From Candidatus Falkowbacteria bacterium (lineage in GTDB: Bacteria; Patescibacteriota; Patescibacteriia; JAACEG01): a stretch of 64,000 nt of DNA. Of this stretch, positions 36,999 to 47,081 are shown one piece after another. The notes below the pieces were generated by a model. It worked only from the letters and a program-made list of their open reading frames with translations, made no database searches and had not been told where the DNA came from. The position numbers and the translations under genes are program-made. The stretch lies in contig JABIDK010000014.1 in the NCBI GenBank assembly GCA_018651725.1, forward strand, positions 70,625 to 134,624. The letters are read 5' to 3'. The first letter of the stretch is position 1. Every line of letters begins with the position of its first letter.

Positions 36999-38978
36999 TT
37001 GATGATTAATAATATGTTTAAAACAACTACAAACCACAAACCACAAATCACAAACCACAACGGTTTCTCCCTTATTGAAGTTCTTTTAGCCGGATCTATT
37101 TTTGCCTTAGCTGTAACTGCTCTTGTTGGGGCTTTTATTTTTGGGCAAGAAAGTACAATGCAGGCCGGTGTAAGAAGTAGGGCAGTATTTTTAATTGAAG
37201 AAGAGGCAGAGGCGCTTCGTTCTATTCGTGACGGTGCTTGGAATGAGCTTACTTATACTCAGAGTGCTGTTGAAATAAGTGATAATAAATGGATTTTTTC
37301 CGGCGAAGGAACAGATGAAACAGTAGGAGATTATACACGCTCTATAATTTTTGAAGATGTTTGTCGGGATAGCTCTCATGATATTGTTAGTTGTCCGGGT
37401 GATTATACAGATGAACAATCTAAAAAAGCAACTATTGAAGTTACTTGGACCGAGGCCAAAGTCGGTTCACAATCAATTAGTCAAGAGATATATCTGACAA
37501 ATTGGGACTCTCGTCATTTTGAGCAAACAAATTGGGTTGGTGGCAGTGGTCAAAGTACTTGGTCGGATAGTACAAGATATTTAAGCGATAATGGAAATAT
37601 AGACGTTTCAACAACTGGAGCTATTAAGTTAAATAGTATAGAAGAAGAAGAGTGTGCAACGAATACTTGGTCCTTTAACGATGGAGGTAATTACACCTTT
37701 GATTCGAATGACATTGAAGTTACCGGCGGCGTAGCACAGTTAAAGTCAGCTGAAGAAACCCAGAGTGGACAAACTGTAAATTCAGCCTTTAACACAAGCT
37801 CTAATTGGACAAGTGGAAACTGGGCATATAGCTCAGGAGATTATGTAAATAATCAACGAATGAGTTCGAATGGCAATCCAAGCTATTGGGTTTATAGTCA
37901 TATCAGGCTGAATAACAACGATACAGCCGGTGGGTACTGGCAGCAAAGTTTTGTTACTACGGTAGATAATCCAGATATTGTTACTTTAGAATTTGATTAT
38001 CAGCCGTATTATCTAACCGTAAGTCCAGGAGATCGGGCATGGTTTTATGTTTTTGTGGAAACAACTTCCGGAGCCCCGTCTAGTATTGGAAACGCTATTT
38101 GGTCTCATGAGTTTACTGGTAGTGACAGTAGAATGGTGTGGGTGGAAGATATTTCCGTTGATGCGTCAAGTAAGGTTGGAGCAGCCGGAACATACTATGT
38201 GAAAATGGCTATGTGGTTTGATACGGCTTATGTTGCTCCTGATGCTTATGGGAATGTGCCGGATCGTTATACATTAGGAGGTTATGATAATGTGACACTT
38301 TCTTGGTCAAATACTTCTTCCAGTTATCCTATTGACGAGCCTTCTATTAACCCAAATAATTCTTATGAGCCAAGTTCTATTGATTCCTGGGCAGGCTTTA
38401 GTGAAACAGCTACAAAAAACGGAGGAGAAATTTATTATCAACTTTCAGATGGATCTGGCTGGAAATATTGGAACGGAAGCAGCTGGACAACGGCTGGAGC
38501 AAGCGACTATAATACAGTTAGTGTTGTTAATAGTAATATCTCAGAATTTAGTGCAGCTACACAAAGCATTATGTTTAAAGCATTCTTAGAAAGTAATGGA
38601 ACGCAGCTTGTTAAATTGGATGATATTAGTATCGAGTGTGATGCGAGTGAAAGCGGGGGTGGCGGATATGTCACTAGTGGAGAATTAATTTCTTCAGCTT
38701 ATGATGCCGGGGCAACATCGCGAGCAGTTCAATCCATTGAATGGGATGAGATAATTCCATCTTGTTCACCTGCCTGTGATGTTACTTTTCAAATTAAATC
38801 AGCAACCACAGAAGGAGGTCTAAGCTCAGCAAGTTGGAGTAGTAGTTATACTGATCCGGATGGAAATATATTATCAACCTCACATAATGCAAATAGATGG
38901 CTACAATACAAAACTATTCTAACCGGAGACGGAACAGAGACACCAACCTTAGAAGAGATAAGACTAAACTATAAATAG
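36999..38978 (+). CDS. Large pilin-anchored protein (PilV-like N-terminus plus S/T/G/W-rich beta domains, putative adhesin); start may be ATG 37014
   Basis: NG|FSLIE prepilin motif; about 500-aa extracellular tail. Confidence 0.8.
   Translation: MMINNMFKTTTNHKPQITNHNGFSLIEVLLAGSIFALAVTALVGAFIFGQESTMQAGVRSRAVFLIEEEAEALRSIRDGAWNELTYTQSAVEISDNKWIFSGEGTDETVGDYTRSIIFEDVCRDSSHDIVSCPGDYTDEQSKKATIEVTWTEAKVGSQSISQEIYLTNWDSRHFEQTNWVGGSGQSTWSDSTRYLSDNGNIDVSTTGAIKLNSIEEEECATNTWSFNDGGNYTFDSNDIEVTGGVAQLKSAEETQSGQTVNSAFNTSSNWTSGNWAYSSGDYVNNQRMSSNGNPSYWVYSHIRLNNNDTAGGYWQQSFVTTVDNPDIVTLEFDYQPYYLTVSPGDRAWFYVFVETTSGAPSSIGNAIWSHEFTGSDSRMVWVEDISVDASSKVGAAGTYYVKMAMWFDTAYVAPDAYGNVPDRYTLGGYDNVTLSWSNTSSSYPIDEPSINPNNSYEPSSIDSWAGFSETATKNGGEIYYQLSDGSGWKYWNGSSWTTAGASDYNTVSVVNSNISEFSAATQSIMFKAFLESNGTQLVKLDDISIECDASESGGGGYVTSGELISSAYDAGATSRAVQSIEWDEIIPSCSPACDVTFQIKSATTEGGLSSASWSSSYTDPDGNILSTSHNANRWLQYKTILTGDGTETPTLEEIRLNYK
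37029..37060 (+). repeat. 7-bp tandem repeat (ACAAACC) in pilin leader
   Basis: ACAAACC x2, ACAAATC, ACAAACC, ACAA. Confidence 0.8.
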
Positions 38979-38981
38979 TTT

Positions 38982-39506
38982 ATGAAGCAAGATAATTTAT
39001 CAATTTCAAATTCCAACGCTTTCACTCTTATTGAACTTATTTTGTATATTGGAATAGCAAGCATATTACTTGTTACAATATCAAGTTTTTTATTTATACT
39101 TTTAGAGTCAAGGGTAAAAAATCAAACCATTGCCGAGGTTGAACAGCAAGGAATTCAGGCTATGCAAATAATTACTCAAACGATTCGGGATGCTGAGGGG
39201 GTTAATTCACCAACCCAAGGCACAAGCGGATCAACTTTATCACTTGATGTTATAACCGCCGGGAACGACCCAACTGTTTTTGATCTTTCAAGTAATACGC
39301 TTCAAATAACCGAAGGATCCGGAGGTGCTGTTTCAATTACAAATTCAAGGATCATTGTTTCTGATTTAACTTTTCGTAACTTATCTTATTCAAATGCTCA
39401 AGGAGCAATAAAAATTGAGTTCACGTTAACCCATATTAATCCGGAGGGAAGACAGGAGTATGGTTATTCAAAAACTTTTTATGGTTCAGCCTCGATCAGA
39501 AAATAG
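38982..39506 (+). CDS. Minor pilin (PilW-like)
   Basis: NA|FTLIE prepilin motif. Confidence 0.85.
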   Translation: MKQDNLSISNSNAFTLIELILYIGIASILLVTISSFLFILLESRVKNQTIAEVEQQGIQAMQIITQTIRDAEGVNSPTQGTSGSTLSLDVITAGNDPTVFDLSSNTLQITEGSGGAVSITNSRIIVSDLTFRNLSYSNAQGAIKIEFTLTHINPEGRQEYGYSKTFYGSASIRK

Positions 39507-39891
39507 TAATAAAGGCTATATTATGCTTTTAAGTATTCTTATTATCAGTGCGATTGGGTCGGCAATCGCTGTTTCATTGTTATTGCTTGGGCTTAGTTCT
39601 TCACAAAACAGTTTCTCCTTACAGCAATCTTATCAAGCTAAATCTTTAGCCGATACTTGCGCAGAAGAAGGTTTAGAGCAGATTAGAAATTTATCTTCTT
39701 TCACAGGGGCTGGTAATTTGACTTTAAGTAATGGCACTTGCTCTTATACAGTTGCAAATTTAGGAGGAGAAAACAGAACTGTTTCAGCAATCGGTTATGT
39801 TGGAGATTTAACAAAGAGAATAAAGGTGGTAATAGACCAAATTAACCCGCAAATAAATATTATTTCCTGGCAAGAGGTAGCAGGGTTTTGA
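39481..39891 (+). CDS. Minor pilin (PilX-like, lacks E5)
   Basis: KG|YIMLL..., A..LA..C.E.GL motif, C-terminal ISWQEV; ATG 39481 preferred over 39460. Confidence 0.75.
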   Translation: MVQPRSENSNKGYIMLLSILIISAIGSAIAVSLLLLGLSSSQNSFSLQQSYQAKSLADTCAEEGLEQIRNLSSFTGAGNLTLSNGTCSYTVANLGGENRTVSAIGYVGDLTKRIKVVIDQINPQINIISWQEVAGF

Positions 39892-40129
39892 TTTTTTTTA
39901 AATTGTGTTATTATATAAGAGTCAAAAGTCATACCACTTTCGACTGATGCCTTATGACTAAAAGAGAAAGAATACTTTTAATAATCAATATTTTTCTTTT
40001 AACTATTTTTATAGTTACATTTTTTGCGTCGTTTGGCGTGGCGATTTGGTTTTTTTAATTCATAGAGTTATTAATTAATTTTAAATTATAAAATTTTATT
40101 AAAATCTTATAGTTTAATAAAAAAAATAT

Positions 40130-40597
40130 ATGAAAATAAACTGTAAAAAACAAGAAGGGTTTACCTTGTTGGAAATTCTTTTGGTAGTAGCGGCAATTGC
40201 TATTTTAGCCGGAATAGTCATTGTGGCAATTAATCCTTCAAAACAACTGGCTGATACAAGAAATGCACAGAGACGCGCTAATGTTAACACTATTTTAAAC
40301 GCTGTTTACCAGTACGCTCTTGACAATAGTGGTACATTGCCGGCTAGTATTCCAACATCCTCTACTTGCTCAACAACAGCTACCAATGAAGTTTGTGTTA
40401 CCGATGGTACCTGTACAAGCTTGGTTGACTTGTCTGTCATCACTGCTAGTGAAACTTATTTGACCTCTATTCCGACCGATCCAACAGGGTCCACCACTAA
40501 CGGTGCAGGATACCATATCGCGAAAAGCTCAAATGGTCGCGTAACAGTTTGTGCTCCTGACGCCGAGCAAAGCGCCACTATCAGTGTTACTAGGTAG
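40130..40597 (+). CDS. Probable major type IV pilin
   Basis: EG|[17 protein letters not shown]; paired Cys; YL..IPTDP; long upstream intergenic region suggests its own promoter. Confidence 0.88.
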   Translation: MKINCKKQEGFTLLEILLVVAAIAILAGIVIVAINPSKQLADTRNAQRRANVNTILNAVYQYALDNSGTLPASIPTSSTCSTTATNEVCVTDGTCTSLVDLSVITASETYLTSIPTDPTGSTTNGAGYHIAKSSNGRVTVCAPDAEQSATISVTR

Positions 40598-40607
40598 ATT
40601 TTAAGTT

Positions 40608-41039
40608 ATGCGTTCAGAGAAAAATAAAAAAATAATTAAAAATATAATAGAACCATTTTTATTTTTAGCTGGTTTTTTAGGTGGCTATCTTTTTGCTCGT
40701 CAATTAAGCTGTAGAGGGTATAAGCATTTTTCAGTTTTGTCACAAGAAATCGGTTATATTTTTGTGATTTTAGGACTTTTGCTTTATATTTATTATTTAT
40801 CTAAAGAATCTAAAAGAAACAAAGAAAAACTTATTTTGCAAAATTTAAATCTTAAAAAGGCTAAAAAGTCTGCGGAAGAAGATGAAAAATCTGTTGAAAA
40901 AAGTAAAACTGATATTGAAAACTCTTTGCAACAAGTAGAAAAAAGTAAAGAAGAATTGGAAAAAATGAACGAAATGATGATCGGTAGAGAGTTAAAGATG
41001 ATAGAGTTAAAAAAAGAAATAGAGAAATTAAAAAAATAA
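40608..41039 (+). CDS. 2-TM coiled-coil protein ending in MIGRELKMIELK signalling-type motif
   Basis: Two TM segments then a K/E-rich coiled coil. Confidence 0.6.
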   Translation: MRSEKNKKIIKNIIEPFLFLAGFLGGYLFARQLSCRGYKHFSVLSQEIGYIFVILGLLLYIYYLSKESKRNKEKLILQNLNLKKAKKSAEEDEKSVEKSKTDIENSLQQVEKSKEELEKMNEMMIGRELKMIELKKEIEKLKK

Positions 41040-41043
41040 TTAT

Positions 41044-41355
41044 ATGAACCAAAATATTGATTTAAACGAAGTTACCACACCTCTGATGGTAAGGGATGCC
41101 ATTATAAAATGTTTTAATGAAGCTCATTGCGCTGATGCCGGCGTTGAAGGCGACAAGCAGTTAAACGAAAATTATTGTCGTAGTATTGTAGAAAAAGCTT
41201 TTAAAGATGTGGGTGGAGATTTTAATAAACCCACTAGGGTGGCCATTATAGGTGTATTGGATAAATTGGCCGAGTTTGCTAAAAATTTTCGCGACAAAAG
41301 TATGATTGAAAAACATTATAATGGAATGATAAAGATGGTCAAGAGAATGAAATAG
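41044..41355 (+). CDS. Conserved-looking small helical hypothetical protein in signalling operon
   Basis: 103-aa ORF tightly spaced between signalling genes; RDAII.CF..AH motif. Confidence 0.6.
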   Translation: MNQNIDLNEVTTPLMVRDAIIKCFNEAHCADAGVEGDKQLNENYCRSIVEKAFKDVGGDFNKPTRVAIIGVLDKLAEFAKNFRDKSMIEKHYNGMIKMVKRMK

Positions 41356-41366
41356 AAATTTTTTAA

Positions 41367-43706
41367 ATGAAAATAAAAACAAAAATTTTTTTAATTGTTG
41401 CTTTTTTTGCCTTACTTTCCATAGTTGTTGTAGCCGGTGTTTTTAATTATTTTTACGTTGATTCTTTGAATAAAGAAATTAGCGAACATTTGCGGAATAT
41501 AACTTACGCAAAAAGTCTCCATGTTGACACTATCTTAACAGGAAAAATAGAAAAAGTTGAATTATTAACAAGAGGAGCCGTACTATTTTCAGAAATTTTA
41601 AAAACTCCCATAGGTAGCGAGGGGTATAGTGAAAATTTTATCAAAGTTCAAAATAGATTAAAGCAAATTTCACAAGATAATTTTTACGAAGTCAGCTTAC
41701 TTAATAATAAAGGAGTTATAATTTCCTCAAATAACAGTGAGAGAATAGGTGAAGATAGGTCCGGGCATAAATATTTTTCTAAACCAAGAAATAAAATATT
41801 TATATCTAAAGTTTATTTCTGCGATACCAGCCAGCAATATGCGCTGGCTATTTTTGTACCTATTTTTGATGTTGATAATAAAGAAAAAGTAGTAGGAACA
41901 TTTGTTGCTAAAACAGGTATAGATGATATAAGTAATATAGTGACAAATGAATTTAAAGAAAATAGAGAGTTTTATTTAATTGACAAAGATAGGCTAATGG
42001 TAACACAGTCAAGATTTATTGAAGACAGTATTTTAAAACAAAAAATTGACTCAAGAACCGCACAGGATTGTTTTGCGCTTAAAGAAAATTATTCTCTTGG
42101 GCATAATCTTGAAGATAAGATTGTTGTTCCTTATATGAATTATCGAGGGAGATCGGTTATTGGGCATTATGCCTATTTTCCTCAGATGAACTGGTGTTTA
42201 ATCGCCGAGATTGAAGAGGATGAAGCGTTGGCTCCGTTACAACAAGCATGGAAATTTGGAATAATATTAATTGGTATTATGGCTGTTTTTATTTTATCTT
42301 TGTCTAAAGTAATGGGAAATAGAATCAGTCGTCCGATTGAAGATCTAACAAAAAATGTAAAAAAAATACAACAAGGGGATTTGAGTAGTAAAATTATTAC
42401 TAAAACAGAAGATGAAATAGGAGTATTAGCAAAAGTTTTTGATAAAATGAGAATAACACTGAAGGATTCTTTAGATAATATTAATAAAAAAGTTAAACAA
42501 CAAACAGCTTCGCTTGAACAAAAACAAGTTACAATGGAGAACCAGCAAAAAGCTTTAGTTAATATTTTGGGAGATATTGAAGAAGAAAAAGAAAAAACAC
42601 AGTTTTTAGCTCATGATTTGGAAAAATTTAAACTGGCCGTGGATAATACCTCTGACCATGTGGTAATTACCAATACGGAAGGAATAGTTTTGTATGCTAA
42701 CCGAGCAGCCGAAGAAATGACTGGTTTTAACTTAAAAGAAATTCTTGGAGAAAAAGCCGGTGTATTTAATAAAAGAAAAAAATTAGTTGGTCAAGAGTTT
42801 TGTGATAATTTGTCAAAACAAGTGTTAAAAAATAAAAATTCATTTTTAGGGGGAACCAAAAGAAAAAGAAAGAACAAAGAAGAATACGACGCGCTTGTCA
42901 GTGTTTTTCCTATTTTAGATAAAAAAGAGAACGTATTGTTTTTTGTTGATATAGAAAAAGATATTACTAAAGAAAGAGAAATTGATCAAGCTAAAACAGA
43001 GTTTGTTTCTTTAGCAAGTCATCAACTTCGGACACCTCTTTCAGCAATCAATTGGTATACGGAAATGCTCTTAGACGGTGATGCCGGAAAAATAAATAAA
43101 GCGCAAAAAGAATATTTACAAGAGGTCTCCAAGGGTAGCAGAAGAATGGTTGATTTGGTAAACTCACTTTTAAATGTTTCCAGATTAGAACTCGGAACAT
43201 TTACGGTTGAACCGGAGTTAACAGATATTAAAATTCTTGCCAAGGAAATGGTTAAAGAGTTAACTCCAAAAGTTAAAAAGAAAAAATTAAAGTTAACTGA
43301 AAAATATGACGCTAAATTGTCAAAAATGCAGTTGGATAAAAAATTAGTGACAATGATATTTCAAAATTTATTGTCTAATGCAGTTAAATATACTCCCGAA
43401 AAAGGCAGCATTAGTTTAAAGATTTTAAAGAAAAAAAAGTTTGTTGAGATTACTGTAGCTGACACCGGCATGGGAATTCCCAAATCTCAACAGCATAAAA
43501 TATTTTCAAAGTTATTTAGAGCTGACAACGTTAAAGAAGCAGACTCTGAAGGAACAGGTCTGGGTCTTTATATTATTAAATCAATCGTAGATCATTCCGG
43601 CGGGCAAATATCTTTTATCTCAAGAAAGAACAAAGGAACAACTTTTAGTGTCAAAATTCCTTTAAGCGGGATGAGGAGAAGAGGAGGTACTAAACAATTA
43701 GGTTAA
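41367..43706 (+). CDS. Sensor histidine kinase (TM-Cache-TM-HAMP-PAS-HisKA-HATPase)
   Basis: H-box ASHQLRTPL, N-box NLLSNAVKY, DTGMGI, GTGLGL; HAMP DEIGVLA. Confidence 0.93.
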   Translation: MKIKTKIFLIVAFFALLSIVVVAGVFNYFYVDSLNKEISEHLRNITYAKSLHVDTILTGKIEKVELLTRGAVLFSEILKTPIGSEGYSENFIKVQNRLKQISQDNFYEVSLLNNKGVIISSNNSERIGEDRSGHKYFSKPRNKIFISKVYFCDTSQQYALAIFVPIFDVDNKEKVVGTFVAKTGIDDISNIVTNEFKENREFYLIDKDRLMVTQSRFIEDSILKQKIDSRTAQDCFALKENYSLGHNLEDKIVVPYMNYRGRSVIGHYAYFPQMNWCLIAEIEEDEALAPLQQAWKFGIILIGIMAVFILSLSKVMGNRISRPIEDLTKNVKKIQQGDLSSKIITKTEDEIGVLAKVFDKMRITLKDSLDNINKKVKQQTASLEQKQVTMENQQKALVNILGDIEEEKEKTQFLAHDLEKFKLAVDNTSDHVVITNTEGIVLYANRAAEEMTGFNLKEILGEKAGVFNKRKKLVGQEFCDNLSKQVLKNKNSFLGGTKRKRKNKEEYDALVSVFPILDKKENVLFFVDIEKDITKEREIDQAKTEFVSLASHQLRTPLSAINWYTEMLLDGDAGKINKAQKEYLQEVSKGSRRMVDLVNSLLNVSRLELGTFTVEPELTDIKILAKEMVKELTPKVKKKKLKLTEKYDAKLSKMQLDKKLVTMIFQNLLSNAVKYTPEKGSISLKILKKKKFVEITVADTGMGIPKSQQHKIFSKLFRADNVKEADSEGTGLGLYIIKSIVDHSGGQISFISRKNKGTTFSVKIPLSGMRRRGGTKQLG

Positions 43707-43727
43707 TTAATTTAAAATATCAATCCT

Positions 43728-44162
43728 ATGAAAAGTAATTCAGGTTATAAAATTGAATGGAAGGATGAATATAGTGTCGGAGTTAAAGAGATTGATAAGC
43801 AACATCAAAAATTAGTTGATTTGATAAATAAAACCATCGATGCTGTACATGCAAAAAATATGAAATTAGTCCTTGAGTCTGTTATTGATGAAATGGAAGA
43901 ATATGTGATAGTTCATTTTTCAACAGAAGAAAAATATTTTAAAAAGTTTAAATATGTAAATACTAAAAGCCATATGCAAGAGCATAAGATTTTTGTAGAT
44001 AGGGTTGGTTATTTTAAAAATAAAATATTAAAAGCAAAACAAGAAGATGTTTTGGCGTTAATATATGAAGTAATTGATTACCTGGAGGATTGGTTAATTA
44101 GACATATAATAGAGAATGATCAAAAATATATTAAATGTTTTAAAAAACACGGACTTTCTTAA
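43728..44162 (+). CDS. Bacteriohemerythrin (di-iron O2-binding)
   Basis: W...YSVG..EID.QH, HFSTEE, H...H, WL..HI...D; all seven iron ligands recognisable. Confidence 0.92.
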   Translation: MKSNSGYKIEWKDEYSVGVKEIDKQHQKLVDLINKTIDAVHAKNMKLVLESVIDEMEEYVIVHFSTEEKYFKKFKYVNTKSHMQEHKIFVDRVGYFKNKILKAKQEDVLALIYEVIDYLEDWLIRHIIENDQKYIKCFKKHGLS

Positions 44163-44205
44163 AAAAGAAAATAAAAGTAAAAAATAAATTAATTATAAGA
44201 AATTT

Positions 44206-44613
44206 ATGAAAAAGCTAGCGCAAGTCAAAACAATTTTAGTCGTAGAGGATGAAATGCCTTTGCAAAAAGCTATTCGAATAAAACTGGAAAAAAATAATTT
44301 TTCCGTGGTTACAGCCAGGAACGTAAAACAAGCTATAAATCATTTAAAAGACATTGAGGGCATAGAAGCGATTTGGCTTGATCATTATCTTTTAGGGAAA
44401 GAAACCGGACTTGATTTTGTGGTTAAGTTAAAAGATGATAAAAATTGGAAAAAAATTCCTTTATTTATAATTTCCAATACTGCTAGTCCAAGAAAAGTAC
44501 AAAATTATATAAAACTGGGAATAAATAAGTATTACACAAAATCAGATCATCGTCTTGATCAAATTATCTCTGATATCACAAAAGGGCTGAAACCGAAAAG
44601 GAAATGTAAGTAA
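44206..44613 (+). CDS. Single-domain response regulator (receiver)
   Basis: VEDE, WLDHYL...TGLDF, SN, K motifs. Confidence 0.88.
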   Translation: MKKLAQVKTILVVEDEMPLQKAIRIKLEKNNFSVVTARNVKQAINHLKDIEGIEAIWLDHYLLGKETGLDFVVKLKDDKNWKKIPLFIISNTASPRKVQNYIKLGINKYYTKSDHRLDQIISDITKGLKPKRKCK

Positions 44614-44654
44614 AAATTGACTTTTGTTAATATTGGGTTAGTATAGAAATTACT

Positions 44655-46394
44655 ATGAGTAATAAGATACAAAACAATTTAGAAATTATGCGTCATTCTT
44701 TGGCGCATATTTTAATGCAGGCTCTTGAGAATTTATATGGAGCTATTCCCGGGGTTGGTCCGGCTATTGAGGATGGTTTTTATCATGATTTTGATGCTAA
44801 GCATCAAGTTGTTTTAGATAACTTGCCTAAAATAGAAGAAGAGATGAAAAGAATAATTAAAGAAAATTATAAGATAGAAAAAGAAGAGATGAAAATTAAA
44901 AACGGAACAAAATTTTTAAAAGATAAAAAGTATAAATACACTTTAGAGCTGGCTAAGGACTTAGAAAAAGACAATGAAAAGAAAATTACTTTTTACAAAC
45001 AAGGAGGTTTTATTAATATGTGCAAGGGTCCACATGTGGAATTTACTGGAAAAATAAATCCAAAAGCTTTCAAGTTAACAAAGGTAGCTGGGGCTTACTG
45101 GAAGGGTTCAGAAAAAAATAAAATGATTCAGAGAATTTATGGTTTGGCCTTTGAAAGTCCTAAAGACTTAAGGAAACATATTGCCATGCTTGAAGAAGCA
45201 AAAAAAAGAGATCACCGAAAAATAGGTAAAGAAATGGGCTTGTTTAGTCTGCACGAGGAAGGCCCGGGCTTTCCTTTTTGGCATCCAAGCGGGGCTGTTC
45301 TATATACTGAACTCGAATCTTTTATTAGGCAGGAAAATTTAAAAAGAGATTACAGCGAAGTTAAAACACCGATGATTTTAAATAAAAAATTATGGGTGAC
45401 TTCCGGGCATTGGGAGAAGTTTAAAGAAGATATGTATTTTACAGAAATTGACAAAGACGAATATGCGGTCAAGCCTATGAACTGTCCAGGAGGGCTTTTG
45501 ATTTACAAAGAAAATAAGCACTCTTATCGAGAGCTTCCGATTCGTAACGCTGAGCTTGGCTTGGTACATCGCCATGAACTTTCCGGTGTTTTGCATGGAC
45601 TTTTTAGAGTGCGCGCTTTTACCCAGGACGACGCCCATTCTTTTTGTACAACTTCTCAATTAAACAGTGAAATTATTGATATGGTTGATTATGCAATGGA
45701 TGTTTATTCTCAATTTGGATTTAAAGAATACGAAATCTTTATTGCTACCAGGCCGGAAAAATATATTGGAACAGATAAAGAATGGGATAGTGCTACAAAA
45801 GCTTTGGAAAAAGCTTTGAAGAAAAAGAAAATAAAATATAATATCAAAGAAGGAGAAGGTGCTTTTTACGGACCGAAAATTGAGTTTAATATTAAAGACT
45901 CTATCGGACGCAATTGGCAGTGCGGAACTGTTCAGGTTGATTTTTCAATGCCAAAAAGATTTGATGCAGTTTATACGGATAAAGACGGAAAAGAAAAAAT
46001 CCCGGTAATGGTGCATCGAGCAATCTTAGGATCTTTGGAAAGATTTCTAGGAATCTTAATTGAACATTATGCCGGTATTTTCCCGGTTTGGCTATCGCCA
46101 ATACAAGTTAAAATTATCGCTGTTGGAGAAGGTCATATTGAATATTGTCAGAAATTTGCCAGCGAATTTAAAGAAAAAAATATTAGAGTTGAAGTGGATT
46201 CATCTGACGAAACAGTGGGTAATAAAATTAGAAAAGCAGCTCAAGAAAAAGTTCCATATATGTTGGTAGTCGGAGACAAGGAGATGAAAGGCAAAAAATT
46301 AAGTGTTCGTGATCGAGGACAAAAACAGACCAGAGAAGTGAAAAAACAAGATTTTATAGCCGAAATACTGGACAAGATCGAAAAAAAGTGCTAA
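44655..46394 (+). CDS. thrS: Threonine--tRNA ligase (no N-terminal TGS domain)
   Basis: RHSLAH, CKGPH, RDHRKIG, KPMNCP, RVRAFTQDD, HRAILGS.ERF. Confidence 0.97.
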   Translation: MSNKIQNNLEIMRHSLAHILMQALENLYGAIPGVGPAIEDGFYHDFDAKHQVVLDNLPKIEEEMKRIIKENYKIEKEEMKIKNGTKFLKDKKYKYTLELAKDLEKDNEKKITFYKQGGFINMCKGPHVEFTGKINPKAFKLTKVAGAYWKGSEKNKMIQRIYGLAFESPKDLRKHIAMLEEAKKRDHRKIGKEMGLFSLHEEGPGFPFWHPSGAVLYTELESFIRQENLKRDYSEVKTPMILNKKLWVTSGHWEKFKEDMYFTEIDKDEYAVKPMNCPGGLLIYKENKHSYRELPIRNAELGLVHRHELSGVLHGLFRVRAFTQDDAHSFCTTSQLNSEIIDMVDYAMDVYSQFGFKEYEIFIATRPEKYIGTDKEWDSATKALEKALKKKKIKYNIKEGEGAFYGPKIEFNIKDSIGRNWQCGTVQVDFSMPKRFDAVYTDKDGKEKIPVMVHRAILGSLERFLGILIEHYAGIFPVWLSPIQVKIIAVGEGHIEYCQKFASEFKEKNIRVEVDSSDETVGNKIRKAAQEKVPYMLVVGDKEMKGKKLSVRDRGQKQTREVKKQDFIAEILDKIEKKC

Positions 46395-46456
46395 GATAAT
46401 TCTATTGTAAAAAATAGGTTTTACAATAAAATGAACCTTTAAAACAGGAGAAAAAC

Positions 46457-46705
46457 ATGGCAGAAAGTAAAGTTTACATCGAAGGAACCAGGGGAGAGAA
46501 GTTCGGTGTAGAACATTTCGCACAGAACTCAACAAAAGAAGCGTTAAACTCTGTTGTTGATAATTGTTTTTTTGACGATTTTAAAAAAGTACAAATTGTC
46601 AAATATCATGAAAATAGTCTTCGTGAAGTAGTTTACGATGATGAATATATAGAAGGTCAGCTAAAACAAGAGCTGGCAAGATTTAGAGATATTACTATTG
46701 CCTAG
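46457..46705 (+). CDS. Hypothetical protein
   Basis: 82-aa ORF with SD AGGAG. Confidence 0.6.
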   Translation: MAESKVYIEGTRGEKFGVEHFAQNSTKEALNSVVDNCFFDDFKKVQIVKYHENSLREVVYDDEYIEGQLKQELARFRDITIA

Positions 46706-46714
46706 GAGGTAATC

Positions 46715-46927
46715 GTGGAAAAGTTGAGAAGAGAACTATTGAAAATTATCACCGCTAATCCAGAAGGTATCTCTTGGGAGGGTATTAAACAAAGGTATTT
46801 TATAACTGGTATAGACGATAAGAAATTTGATGATGTGCAAAACGCATTAACCAAATTAGCTGAAGCAAGAAAAATTAGTATTCAGTGGATTCCTTGTCAG
46901 GGGACTAACTTGTATAGTCCTATATAA
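46715..46927 (+). CDS. Hypothetical protein, possibly winged-helix
   Basis: 70-aa ORF, SD AGGAGG, GTG start; helical pattern ..V..AL..L...RKI. Confidence 0.5.
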   Translation: MEKLRRELLKIITANPEGISWEGIKQRYFITGIDDKKFDDVQNALTKLAEARKISIQWIPCQGTNLYSPI

Positions 46928-46943
46928 TCATCTTGCCATCACT

Positions 46944-46982
46944 CACCGCAGAGGCTTTCAAAGCTCTGCGGTTTTTTATTGC
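46944..46982 (+). terminator. Terminator, copy 1 of identical 39-bp repeat
   Basis: CACCGCAGAGGCTTTCAAAGCTCTGCGGTTTTTTATTGC. Confidence 0.88.
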
Positions 46983-47081
46983 GAATAAAACACTAGACAA
47001 AATTAAAAAAAGATTTACTATATAATAAAAAGTAATTTTATAGTTAAAACGAACCCTACAATATAATAAAGGAGGCAAAAA

